From the NCBI GenBank assembly GCA_910586655.1, contig CAJUIR010000006.1, forward strand, positions 5,723-69,722: a stretch of 64,000 nt of DNA. The letters are read 5' to 3'. This document shows positions 56,558 through 64,000 of the stretch, in pieces. Both the position numbers and the translations under genes were made by a program. Source of the stretch: an uncultured Christensenellaceae bacterium (GTDB taxonomy: Bacteria; Bacillota; Clostridia; Christensenellales; Borkfalkiaceae). The notes beneath the pieces were generated by a model, which ran no database searches, was not told the DNA's origin, and saw only the letters and a list, made by a program, of their open reading frames with translations. Numbering within the stretch: position 1 is the first letter of the stretch; each line of letters begins with the position of its first letter.

Positions 56558-57957
56558 AAGTAAAAGAATTTTTCAAGAGCACGGCGTTTAAGAGTCTGGT
56601 CGTTCTCCTCTCTATCGTGATCATTGCCGGCGCGCTCCTCGCAATTTTTAACGACTTGCTTCACGTTTCCGATCAGGAAAAGTTCGAACGAATCATTAAA
56701 AAGATCTACGGCGGAAATGCTTCCGTCGAAAAGACGCTGGAAATTGCCGACGAAGACAAAACGTATTCCTACGGCGAAGTAAACGCGGCGTATCTGATGA
56801 GCGACGGCAATTACCTCGTTCAATCTACGGGTACCGGCGCATTCGGCAACGGTACGGTAACCGTGTACGTCGTAGTCGAAATGAAAGACTCCGCATTGGC
56901 GGGGATCGGAAAAGTCGTATTCGATTCGACGACCGTTTCCAAATACTACGAAACAAGCGGCGATTTCTTTAAAAAGTTCGACATCAGCGACGACAGAGTT
57001 GCCGCGGGAGAATATTTCGGCGTTTCGGAAGGGATCGTCAATCCCTCTGCGGGCGCGACGGCTTCGGCAAGATCGATCAATAACGCCGTAAACACTGCAA
57101 TCGACTTCATTAAAAAAGCGGTGCTCGGGCAAACGGTGGGCGAATTCACCTACGCATACGAAAAGTATATCAAAATGGACGCGTCTACCATCACACCCGA
57201 TCAAGAACAGAAATCGGTGGATTATGAACTCGTCGTATCCGAAAACGGCGAAGCGGTGGCGTTTAAAATTTCCGTCAAAGTCGTTGAAGGCGTGATCACT
57301 GAATATACGATCGTGACCAACGGCTCCACCTATGGCTTTGAAGAGAGCATGCCCCCCGAATTCCTCGCTCAGGGCAGTGAAAACTATTTCGTTAACAAAA
57401 CGCTTTCCGACGTCGAGGCGCTGCTCAAAGAGGACGGCAGTCTTTCCGAAGCGGGTTCCGGTCTGCATACGGGCGCGACATTCTCTACGCAATCCTGTAT
57501 CTGGGCTGCGGCGTTTGCAACCGCAAACTTCGAAGCATTCCTGTATCCCGTTGTTTACGGAGAACATATCGACGAAGAAACGCATACCGTTACAGACAAC
57601 GAAATTGCCTATCATATCACCGTATCCGAAAACGGCGAAGCGGTAGCGTTTAAAATTTCCGTTAAAGTCGTTGACGGCGTGATTACCGAATATGCAATCG
57701 TGACCAACGGCTCCACCTATGGCTTTGAAGAGAGCATGCCCCCCGAATTCCTCGCTCAGGGCAGCGAAAACTATTTCGTTAACAAAACGCTTTCCGACGT
57801 TGAAGCACTGCTCAATGAGGACGGCAGTCTTTCCGAGGCGGGTTCCGGTCTGCATACAGGCGCGACGTACTCCACGCAATCCTGTATTTGGGCGGCGGCA
57901 TACGCGCTCGGCAATTACGACACCCTGCTTGCAAAAGAAGGAGGTGCACAGGCATGA
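56554..57957 (+). CDS. rnfG: Rnf complex subunit G, expanded to three FMN-binding-like modules (467 aa)
   Basis: N-terminal TM anchor, then module 1 with SAGATAS. Modules 2 and 3 each end in HTGAT(F/Y)STQS. ATGA overlaps with both rnfD and rnfE fix the gene boundaries. Confidence 0.85.
   Translation: MKVKEFFKSTAFKSLVVLLSIVIIAGALLAIFNDLLHVSDQEKFERIIKKIYGGNASVEKTLEIADEDKTYSYGEVNAAYLMSDGNYLVQSTGTGAFGNGTVTVYVVVEMKDSALAGIGKVVFDSTTVSKYYETSGDFFKKFDISDDRVAAGEYFGVSEGIVNPSAGATASARSINNAVNTAIDFIKKAVLGQTVGEFTYAYEKYIKMDASTITPDQEQKSVDYELVVSENGEAVAFKISVKVVEGVITEYTIVTNGSTYGFEESMPPEFLAQGSENYFVNKTLSDVEALLKEDGSLSEAGSGLHTGATFSTQSCIWAAAFATANFEAFLYPVVYGEHIDEETHTVTDNEIAYHITVSENGEAVAFKISVKVVDGVITEYAIVTNGSTYGFEESMPPEFLAQGSENYFVNKTLSDVEALLNEDGSLSEAGSGLHTGATYSTQSCIWAAAYALGNYDTLLAKEGGAQA
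57235..57906 (+). repeat. Tandem direct duplication inside rnfG (period 387 bp; copies ~57235..57519 and ~57622..57906)
   Basis: The copies align base for base with roughly twenty mismatches over ~285 nt by eye, including a ~68-nt identical stretch. The ORF track's spurious ORFs 57332.. and 57719.. (MALKRACPPNSSLRA...) are the same sequence offset by 387 nt. Confidence 0.9.
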
Positions 57958-58685
57958 ATAAATACGGAAAAATAACGATCAACGGTCTCGTTACCAACAA
58001 CGCCGCATTCAAACTGGTGCTCGGCACCTGCTCGGCGCTTGCAATGTCCGCAACGGCGATCAAGGGTCTCGGGATGGGAATTTCGGTCACCGTCGTGTTA
58101 CTGTTGAGCAACGTACTCATTTCCCTGCTCCGTAAGGTGATCCCCAATGCGGTACGCATTCCCGCGTTCATCGTAATCATTGCAACGTTCGTGACGCTTT
58201 TGAGAATGTTTTTAAACAAATTCATTCCCGATCTATACGATTCGATGGGTGTATTCCTGGCGCTGATCGTTGTAAACTGTCTGATTTTAGGCAGAGCGGA
58301 AGCATTCGCAAGCAAACAACCCGTCCTTGACAGCGCGCTCGACGGACTTGCTTCGGGTCTCGGTTTCACGCTCGCGCTCGGCATCATGGGCATCATCCGC
58401 GAACTTCTGGGCGCAGGCAGTCTGTTCGATCAAAAACTGTGGGATTTCCAAATCGGATTCTTTTCCAGTTCCGCAGGCGCCTTCTTCGTGTACGGGATCT
58501 GTATTGCGATCTTCGTATTCATTACGGATAAAGTAGAAAAAGCGCTGCGGAAGAAAAAAGCGATCCTGCTCCGCGTAGATCATAGCGAACCTCTGCCCGA
58601 ACCGCAGACGGCAGCCGAAACGGGAATCCAGACCGATTCCGCATCGGAACTCGTTCAGGAACAGCAGGAAAAGGAGGCAGAATAA
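57954..58685 (+). CDS. rnfE: Rnf complex subunit E (with ~45-aa hydrophilic C-terminal extension)
   Basis: LVLGTCSALA and LALIVVNCLILGRAEAFA motifs. ATGA overlap with rnfG. Confidence 0.92.
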   Translation: MNKYGKITINGLVTNNAAFKLVLGTCSALAMSATAIKGLGMGISVTVVLLLSNVLISLLRKVIPNAVRIPAFIVIIATFVTLLRMFLNKFIPDLYDSMGVFLALIVVNCLILGRAEAFASKQPVLDSALDGLASGLGFTLALGIMGIIRELLGAGSLFDQKLWDFQIGFFSSSAGAFFVYGICIAIFVFITDKVEKALRKKKAILLRVDHSEPLPEPQTAAETGIQTDSASELVQEQQEKEAE

Positions 58686-59296
58686 TGGGCGCAACGATTC
58701 TTACGATTATTATCACGGCGGCATTCTCGTCGAACTTCATTTTAGTGCAGTTCCTCGGAATCTGTCCCTTCCTCGGCGTTTCCAAACGCACAGGCAGCGC
58801 GGTATCCATGGGCATTGCGGTAACGCTCGTCATGCTGCTTGCGACGCTCGTGACGTATCCCCTCTATCAATACGTCATGAAACCGCTTAAAATCGAGTTC
58901 CTCGAAATTATCTTCTTTATCTTTATTATTGCGGCGCTCGTGCAGATGCTCGAAAAGGTGATCGCGAAGATCTCCCCCTCTCTCTATAAAACGATGGGAA
59001 TCTATCTGCCTCTGATCACCACCAACTGTGCGATTTTAGGCGTTGCGGAACTGGTCATCGGCGATAAATTCTATGAAGCCATCGGTTTGGCGGAACCGGC
59101 TTCCATGAACTTAGGCTATGCGCTCCTCTATGCGCTGTTCGCAGGCGTCGGCTTTACGCTTGCCATGGTACTGATGGGCGGCGTAAGAGAACGCGTCGAA
59201 AAACTTCCCGTCGCAAAATGTCTGAAAGGCTTCCCCATTACAATGGTTGTGGCAAGTTTCATGGCAATGGCGTTTTACGTGTTCACCATGATTTAA
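58685..59296 (+). CDS. rnfA: Rnf complex subunit A
   Basis: LGICPFLGVS and LPLITTNCAILGVA motifs. TAATG overlap with rnfE. Confidence 0.92.
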   Translation: MGATILTIIITAAFSSNFILVQFLGICPFLGVSKRTGSAVSMGIAVTLVMLLATLVTYPLYQYVMKPLKIEFLEIIFFIFIIAALVQMLEKVIAKISPSLYKTMGIYLPLITTNCAILGVAELVIGDKFYEAIGLAEPASMNLGYALLYALFAGVGFTLAMVLMGGVRERVEKLPVAKCLKGFPITMVVASFMAMAFYVFTMI

Positions 59297-59308
59297 GGAG
59301 ACGGAATA

Positions 59309-60127
59309 ATGAGTAATTTGATTTTAGTAGATATGCATTGGGATATTGTTGGCATCGTCATCGGTATCTTTGCGGCAATCGCAATTATACTGACCGTTTG
59401 CATCCTGCTTGTGGCGAAATTCTGCAAGACCGATCCCAACGAAAAAGTGGAAGCCATTTTGTCGCATCTTGCGGGCGCAAACTGCGGCGGATGCGGATGC
59501 TCGGGCTGCGCAGGCTTTGCGGAAAAACTCGCAAAGGGCGAGGCGCAACTGAGCGATTGTCACGTCACCGGCGACAGTTCCAAAGCGGAAATCGCGGGCG
59601 TGCTCGGCATTGCGTTTGAAAACGCGAAACCTACGGTTGCCGTTTGCCGCTGCAACGGCGGAACGCATGCAAAAGACGAATTCTCCTATTCCGGCGCGCA
59701 CGACTGCGTAGAAGAAAATAAACTTCAAGGCGGTCACAAATCCTGTAAATACGGCTGTATGGGAGGAGGCACTTGCGTGAGCGTTTGTCCTGAATCGGCA
59801 ATTTGCATCAAAGAAGAATGCGCCAACGTCGATCCCGACCGCTGCATTTCCTGCGGCGCATGTCTGAGCGCTTGCCCCAAAGGATTGTTCATGCGCGTTC
59901 CCGCCGACGCAAAAGTGTTCATCGCCTGCTCTTCGCACGATAAAGGAAAGGCTGTGTTAGACGTTTGCGAATTCGGCTGTATTGCCTGCGGCAAATGCGC
60001 GAAGACCTGCCCTTCGGGTGCGATCTCCATGGTAGACAATCTCCCTGTGATCGACTACGAAAAATGTATTAAGTGCGGTAAGTGCGCAGAAGTCTGCCCT
60101 CGCCACACCATTCAGACAAGATACTAA
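59309..60127 (+). CDS. rnfB: Rnf complex subunit B
   Basis: N-terminal TM helix, a CGGCGCSGCAGFAE cluster and several ferredoxin-type CxxCxxCxxxCP motifs. Confidence 0.92.
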   Translation: MSNLILVDMHWDIVGIVIGIFAAIAIILTVCILLVAKFCKTDPNEKVEAILSHLAGANCGGCGCSGCAGFAEKLAKGEAQLSDCHVTGDSSKAEIAGVLGIAFENAKPTVAVCRCNGGTHAKDEFSYSGAHDCVEENKLQGGHKSCKYGCMGGGTCVSVCPESAICIKEECANVDPDRCISCGACLSACPKGLFMRVPADAKVFIACSSHDKGKAVLDVCEFGCIACGKCAKTCPSGAISMVDNLPVIDYEKCIKCGKCAEVCPRHTIQTRY

Positions 60128-60143
60128 ATTTCGCTTTCAATTC

Positions 60144-60182
60144 AAAAGGAGCGCCGTCCGAAATTCGGACGGCGCTCCTTTT
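60144..60182. terminator. Strong terminator after rnfB (also faces the convergent small ORF)
   Basis: Stem AAAAGGAGCGCCGTCCG/CGGACGGCGCTCCTTTT. Confidence 0.9.
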
Positions 60183-60469
60183 AATTCTGTTCGTTTTCCT
60201 CCGCTTCCTCTGCAAAAATCTGTTTCAGTTCGAATAGCGCATCCTGAATTTCAACCAGTTTTTTTGTCGCAATCGCCTTAAGGAACCTTTTGCGGTAATA
60301 GGTACTCCTCCAAAATTCGCAGTTCATATTTTTTTCGGTAATTTCATCTTTCTGCGTACAACGCCCGAAGTTCTCTTTGTCGAATCGGCAAAAACCTTTT
60401 GAATAAAAACGGTTATAATTTCCGCACGAATAACATGCTCTCCCCTTTTTTTTCTGCTTGTTCTTCCAT
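60181..60469 (-). pseudogene. Small Cys-rich (CxxC-x11-C-x9-C, zinc-ribbon-like) ORF interrupted by a frameshift at an A8 run
   Basis: ATG 60469 has AGGAGA 5 nt upstream but stops after 18 codons. The next frame is open for 95 codons (..GRACYSCGNYNRFYSKGFCRFDKENFGRCTQ...ELKQIFAEEAEENEQN) yet has no start codon. Removing one A from the A8 run (60446..60453) joins the two frames. Confidence 0.6.
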
Positions 60470-60491
60470 TTAATTCTCCTTTTTTTGTTTT

Positions 60492-60520
60492 ATTATATAC
60501 CTCAAATTGAGGTGTGTCAA
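60492..60520 (-). promoter_or_regulatory. Perfect-consensus promoter TTGACA-17-TATAAT with a 7-1-7 palindromic operator in the spacer
   Basis: On the minus strand the -35 is at 60515..60520 and the -10 at 60492..60497. The palindrome ACCTCAA-T-TTGAGGT sits at 60499..60513. It drives the Cys-rich ORF and is divergent from the XRE gene at 60554. Confidence 0.7.
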
Positions 60521-60553
60521 CTATTTTACTGCAAAATGAAGTAAAATATTGTT

Positions 60554-60754
60554 ATGAATAAATTTCATGAACGATTAAAAGAACTAAGAAAAGAACGGCA
60601 AATCAAACAATCTGAACTTGCCGCTCTGTTAAGCGTAGATCAACGTACTATCAGCAATTGGGAGAATGGTTTGCGTGAACCGGATTACAATATGCTAATC
60701 AAAATAGCCTCGGTTTTTGAAGTAAGCACCGATTATCTTTTAGGTTTAGAATAA
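60554..60754 (+). CDS. XRE-family HTH transcriptional regulator
   Basis: LKELRKERQIKQSELAALLSVDQRTISNWENGLREPDYNMLIKIASVFEVSTDYLLG. There is no SD, and a TAAAAT box ends 6 nt before the ATG. Confidence 0.88.
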   Translation: MNKFHERLKELRKERQIKQSELAALLSVDQRTISNWENGLREPDYNMLIKIASVFEVSTDYLLGLE

Positions 60755-60828
60755 CAATCCAAACGTCCCCGCCCAAAAATTTTTTATTGTATTACATGAA
60801 TTATGTAATATATTGATCTCGGAATAAT

Positions 60829-61038
60829 ATGTTATTGAAATACGGAGAAGCATTAAAATACCAACGCGAAATAAACGGTTTATCGCAAAATGCTTTGGCG
60901 AAGGCAACGGGGTTAAATCAACAGATGATCAGTTGGTGGGAAGCCGAAAAAGGCGCGCCGAGCATTGACGTATGCGTAAGACTTGCAAATTTTTACGGAA
61001 TTACGCTTGACGAATTAGTCGGCAGAGATAAGAAATAA
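60829..61038 (+). CDS. XRE-family HTH transcriptional regulator
   Basis: LKYQREINGLSQNALAKATGLNQQMISWWEAEKGAPSIDVCVRLANFYGITLDELVG. The inverted repeat ATTACAT-gaatt-ATGTAAT at 60791..60809 lies upstream. Confidence 0.85.
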   Translation: MLLKYGEALKYQREINGLSQNALAKATGLNQQMISWWEAEKGAPSIDVCVRLANFYGITLDELVGRDKK

Positions 61039-61041
61039 ATG

Positions 61042-61075
61042 AAACGTCCTCGCTTAAAAAAGCGAGGACGTTTTT
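61042..61075. terminator. Bidirectional terminator
   Basis: Stem AAACGTCCTCGCT/AGCGAGGACGTTT with a TAAAAA loop. Confidence 0.85.
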
Positions 61076-61086
61076 ATGATTAAAGA

Positions 61087-62601
61087 TCAAAACCGAGGAA
61101 GTCCGTTTTTCTGTTTTACCAGCGCGAGGAAAATTTTGGCAGTTACAAACGCGTCGTCGTATGCTCGGTGATGGTTAAAGGTAAATCCGAAATGTTCGGC
61201 AACGGTGTTCAATTTATAATTCGAAAGCCTAAGCATCTCCTGTGAAAAGGTCACGGTATCGTACTGCTTTTGATTGAATACGTACCCTTCTTTCTCTCCG
61301 TAATAACGGACGAATTTATAATCGAACTGCACGTTATGCCCCACCAGCGTACTCCCTGCCGCAAATTTAAAAAAGTCGGCGATGACGTCTTTGATATCGG
61401 GCGCGCCCAACAGCATATCGTCGGAAATCCCCGTCAGATCGATGATTTCTGCGGGCAGTTTGACAGGACACGCCACAAACGAAGAAAACTTTTCGCAAAT
61501 CTGTCCGTTTCGGATCTTGACCGCGCCGATTTCGATGATCCGATCCATCCCGCCCGAAGACGGCGTATTGTTCAGACCCGTCGTTTCCAAATCGAACACG
61601 ACAAACTCGCGCCCTTTCAATACTTCGGGAGTGGAGCGATCTTCAAACAATCCGCCCTGTACAAAATCGCTTGCGGGAGCAGGAAAAACCGTTTTATACT
61701 TAGGCGGAACGGGACGGGATGGACGTGCTTCCGGTACAAAATTCAAAGGAGCGCGCCCAAAATTGATTTGCTTTGCACGAAAGTTCAACATTCCGTTATA
61801 CAACTCGTGATCGCCCGTAATACACACACTGTCGCCCGACTTCAAGCCGCGCACTTTTTCGAGCGTTGCTTTTTTGGTAAAATAATAAAACCGAACTTGC
61901 GCCGTTCCGTCCGAAATCGTAATCGAAAAATAAGGTTTCTCTTTTTTCGTGAGTTTTTCTTCGATATATGTGATCACGCCGCAAACGGTTACGTCCCTCT
62001 CTTCCCTGTTAAGATCGGCAAGATAGAGCGCCGTACGCGGCGTACCGCCGTCGATGGCAACAAATTCTTCGATCTTGAAAAATCTGGGTGCAAGCAACCG
62101 TTCCTCGGGCGGCAACTCCTCCGTTTCGATTTCCCCTTTCTCTTTTTTCACAATACGGAATTCGCCGTACCAGACCCCGGGAAAATCACGCATGAGATGC
62201 GCGGTCAACTGATCAAGAACAGCGTCCGTCGCAATCTTTCGTTCGGTATCGCCGATCCCGACGATAAAGTGACCGCCGCCCGATTCGATGATCACTTCCA
62301 CGTCGTCGGGCAACACAAACGCCGCAACGGCGGGAAAATTATTTTTTAAAAAATCCAGTACGGCGCGGCGGATCCCCTCGGCGTCGGGGACCGATTTTAC
62401 GATTTTCACTTCTGCGGTCAATCCCGCAGGAACATAACGCGCCGTGACCGATAAGGCATGCGACGCATCTTCTTCTCCGTATTTCAAATCGGTCGCCAAA
62501 CAGAATACCGCGGTATTCCCCCGCACTTCTATCTTCTTTAATACGGCGCGTTTTAACCCTGCCGTACTTCTGATTTCTTCGAGATATGCTTTGCTCTTCA
62601 T
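61087..62601 (-). CDS. PolC-like N-terminal domain plus OB fold plus DnaQ-type 3'-5' exonuclease; no PHP or polymerase domains
   Basis: Exo motifs FVVFDLETTGL (ExoI), LVGHNVQFDYKF (ExoII) and HHRAYDDAFVTAKIF (ExoIII) closely resemble the PolC exonuclease insert. The segment RDVTVCGVITYIEEK...ITISDGTAQVRFYYF...GDSVCITG resembles the PolC OB fold. 4-nt overlap with ispG. Confidence 0.75.
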   Translation of the reverse strand: MKSKAYLEEIRSTAGLKRAVLKKIEVRGNTAVFCLATDLKYGEEDASHALSVTARYVPAGLTAEVKIVKSVPDAEGIRRAVLDFLKNNFPAVAAFVLPDDVEVIIESGGGHFIVGIGDTERKIATDAVLDQLTAHLMRDFPGVWYGEFRIVKKEKGEIETEELPPEERLLAPRFFKIEEFVAIDGGTPRTALYLADLNREERDVTVCGVITYIEEKLTKKEKPYFSITISDGTAQVRFYYFTKKATLEKVRGLKSGDSVCITGDHELYNGMLNFRAKQINFGRAPLNFVPEARPSRPVPPKYKTVFPAPASDFVQGGLFEDRSTPEVLKGREFVVFDLETTGLNNTPSSGGMDRIIEIGAVKIRNGQICEKFSSFVACPVKLPAEIIDLTGISDDMLLGAPDIKDVIADFFKFAAGSTLVGHNVQFDYKFVRYYGEKEGYVFNQKQYDTVTFSQEMLRLSNYKLNTVAEHFGFTFNHHRAYDDAFVTAKIFLALVKQKNGLPRF

Positions 62602-63641
62602 TGCAACAAACCTTCCAGCCGCCCGAAAAATACGCGTTCCGCGTCATCTGCACTTACGCGCTCGTCAGGTCGATTTTTTTGTATGATCACGCAATATTCT
62701 TTTCCGCCTGCCAGTCCCAAATCACACCCCCGCGCTTCCCCGGGACCGTTTACAACACAACCCATAACGGCAATTTTCAATCGTTTCCGGACAGTTCTCA
62801 CGCGCTCGGAAACACGCTGCGCAAGCCCCATGCAATCATATCGGCATCTGCCGCAAGTCGGACAGGAAACTACTTCGACGTATTCCGATTCCAATCCGCA
62901 GGCGCGAAGTATTTCATGCGCCGCATGTACTTCTTTTACAGGATCGGCGGTCAGGGAAACGCGGATCGTATCGCCGATGCCGCGGAGCAACAGCGAACCG
63001 ATGCCGATCGCGCTCTTGATTTTTCCCGTTTCTTCCGTACCCGCTTCGGTCACGCCCAAATGCAAGGGATAGCCAACGCGTTCGTGAAGCAGACCGTACG
63101 CCTCTACCGTAAGCGGCACGGAGGAAGCCTTGACGGAAATTACGATCTCACTGACGCCGCATTTTTCAAGCACTCTCACGTTATGCAGCGCGCTTTCCAC
63201 AAGCGCAGCCGCACTCACGCCGTATTTTTCCAAAAAGTGCGGTTCGATGCTCCCCGTATTGGAACCGACCCGCACGGGAACGCGATGCGCTTTCAGCGTA
63301 TCCGCAACGCGCGTGATTTCCTGTTCGCCGCCGATATTTCCCGGATTGATGCGAAGTTTATCCGCACCCGATTCAACCGCTAAAACCGCGAGTTTCGCCG
63401 AAAAATGCACGTCTGCAACCAAAGGAATATGAATGTTCTGCTTGACCAGTTGGATGGCGCGCGCGTCCGCTTCGTCCGCTACCGCGACGCGCACGATGTC
63501 GCACCCTGCTTCTTCGAGGCGCAGAATTTGAGCGACGCTTTTTTCCACGTCGCTCGTCTTTTCGGTCGTCATGCTCTGTACTGCAACGGTGCCGCCGCCC
63601 AATATCACATTGCCGACGGTTACCTGTTTTTGACTGCCCAT
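62598..63641 (-). CDS. ispG: 4-hydroxy-3-methylbut-2-en-1-yl diphosphate synthase
   Basis: VQSMT, RVAV, RINPGNIG and the C-terminal Fe-S ligands CPTCGRC...GCVVNGPGE. Confidence 0.93.
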   Translation of the reverse strand: MGSQKQVTVGNVILGGGTVAVQSMTTEKTSDVEKSVAQILRLEEAGCDIVRVAVADEADARAIQLVKQNIHIPLVADVHFSAKLAVLAVESGADKLRINPGNIGGEQEITRVADTLKAHRVPVRVGSNTGSIEPHFLEKYGVSAAALVESALHNVRVLEKCGVSEIVISVKASSVPLTVEAYGLLHERVGYPLHLGVTEAGTEETGKIKSAIGIGSLLLRGIGDTIRVSLTADPVKEVHAAHEILRACGLESEYVEVVSCPTCGRCRYDCMGLAQRVSERVRTVRKRLKIAVMGCVVNGPGEARGCDLGLAGGKEYCVIIQKNRPDERVSADDAERVFFGRLEGLLQ

Positions 63642-64000
63642 TACTTTTCGCCTTTCTTTTCCATCATTTTTTGCAATTCCGACATAAACGAAGAAATATC
63701 CTTAAACGAACGGTAGACGGACGCATAGCGCACGTAAGACACTTCGTCTAATTCCTTCAAACCTTCCATCACCATTTCGCCGATCTCTTTGGAGGAGATT
63801 TCCTGTTCCATGGAATTGTAAACGCGCTTGGAAATATCTTCGGCAAGCAAATCGATTTTTTCAAGAGGAACGGGTCTTTTTTCGCATGCCTTAATAATGC
63901 CCCGTTTTACTTTGCCGATATCGAACGCCTGACGGTTGCCGTCCGACTTGACGACGAGAATGGGCGAAACTTCGATGGTTTCGTATGTTGTAAACCGTCT
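63641..64000 (-). CDS. nrdR: Transcriptional repressor NrdR, C-terminal 119 codons (5' end outside the window)
   Basis: The frame is open to the window edge. It reads RRFTTYETIE..ILVVKSDGNRQAFD (ATP-cone) and ends ..VSYVRYASVYRSFKDISSF. TAATG overlap with the ispG start. Confidence 0.85.
   Translation of the reverse strand, partial: RRFTTYETIEVSPILVVKSDGNRQAFDIGKVKRGIIKACEKRPVPLEKIDLLAEDISKRVYNSMEQEISSKEIGEMVMEGLKELDEVSYVRYASVYRSFKDISSFMSELQKMMEKKGEK

Noticed and set aside
56494-57879. 461-aa minus-strand ORF
   Set aside because: It is entirely antisense to rnfG, which is fixed by operon coupling and motifs. Its translation is Arg/Phe/Gly-rich with no motifs, and its length is an artefact of stop-poor antisense sequence and the internal duplication.
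1-64000. Whole-window look for CRISPR arrays, rRNA genes, IS elements or transposases, integrases, reverse transcriptases and known defence-system signatures
   Set aside because: None was recognised. The only sizeable DNA repeat is the intragenic rnfG duplication. The helicase/nuclease/ATPase-type proteins present (DnaX, RecR, MinD, the ABC ATPase, the PolC-like exonuclease) are explained by housekeeping contexts.

Overview
This 64-kb chromosomal segment looks like a Clostridia-type Firmicute. It has moderate GC, most genes on the minus strand, rnfCDGEAB gene order, an mrnC-rlmB-sigH cluster, an archaeal-type ProRS and a DegV gene. I can support about 57 protein-coding genes, 2 tRNA genes, one frameshifted small gene and one gene remnant. 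There are also many intrinsic terminators and several near-consensus sigma-A-type promoters and operators. I saw no rRNA, CRISPR array, transposase, integrase or recognisable defence system. Most of the content is housekeeping: metal homeostasis (ArsR plus P1B ATPase, FeoAB), RNA modification, asnS and proS, tkt, gpsA, the dnaX-ybaB-recR cluster, glmM-glmS, glpK, an aconitase-family hydratase, ispG and nrdR. The observations most worth a second look are as follows. (1) The Rnf operon has a 467-aa RnfG with three FMN-binding modules, two of them a recent 387-bp tandem duplication. (2) In the same operon, rnfC is fused in frame to an upstream 'Gx transporter' (Hpre_diP_synt_I-like) membrane domain, yet keeps its own internal SD and TTG start. 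(3) A strongly promoted tandem tRNA-Pro pair includes one copy with the bacterially rare anticodon AGG (A34) and a U1:A72 acceptor end. (4) A stand-alone PolC-like N-terminal/OB/exonuclease protein without PHP or polymerase domains sits directly downstream of ispG. (5) Two unlinked XRE-regulator modules share the same architecture: TTGACA, then a 17-nt spacer holding a CTCAA..TTGAG palindrome, then TATAAT. One drives a Cys-rich small ORF that is broken at an A8 homopolymer, and the other fires into a 300-bp AT-rich gap. (6) There is an orphan minD plus short minE-like pair without minC. All functional calls come from motif recognition by eye, and no database search was run.
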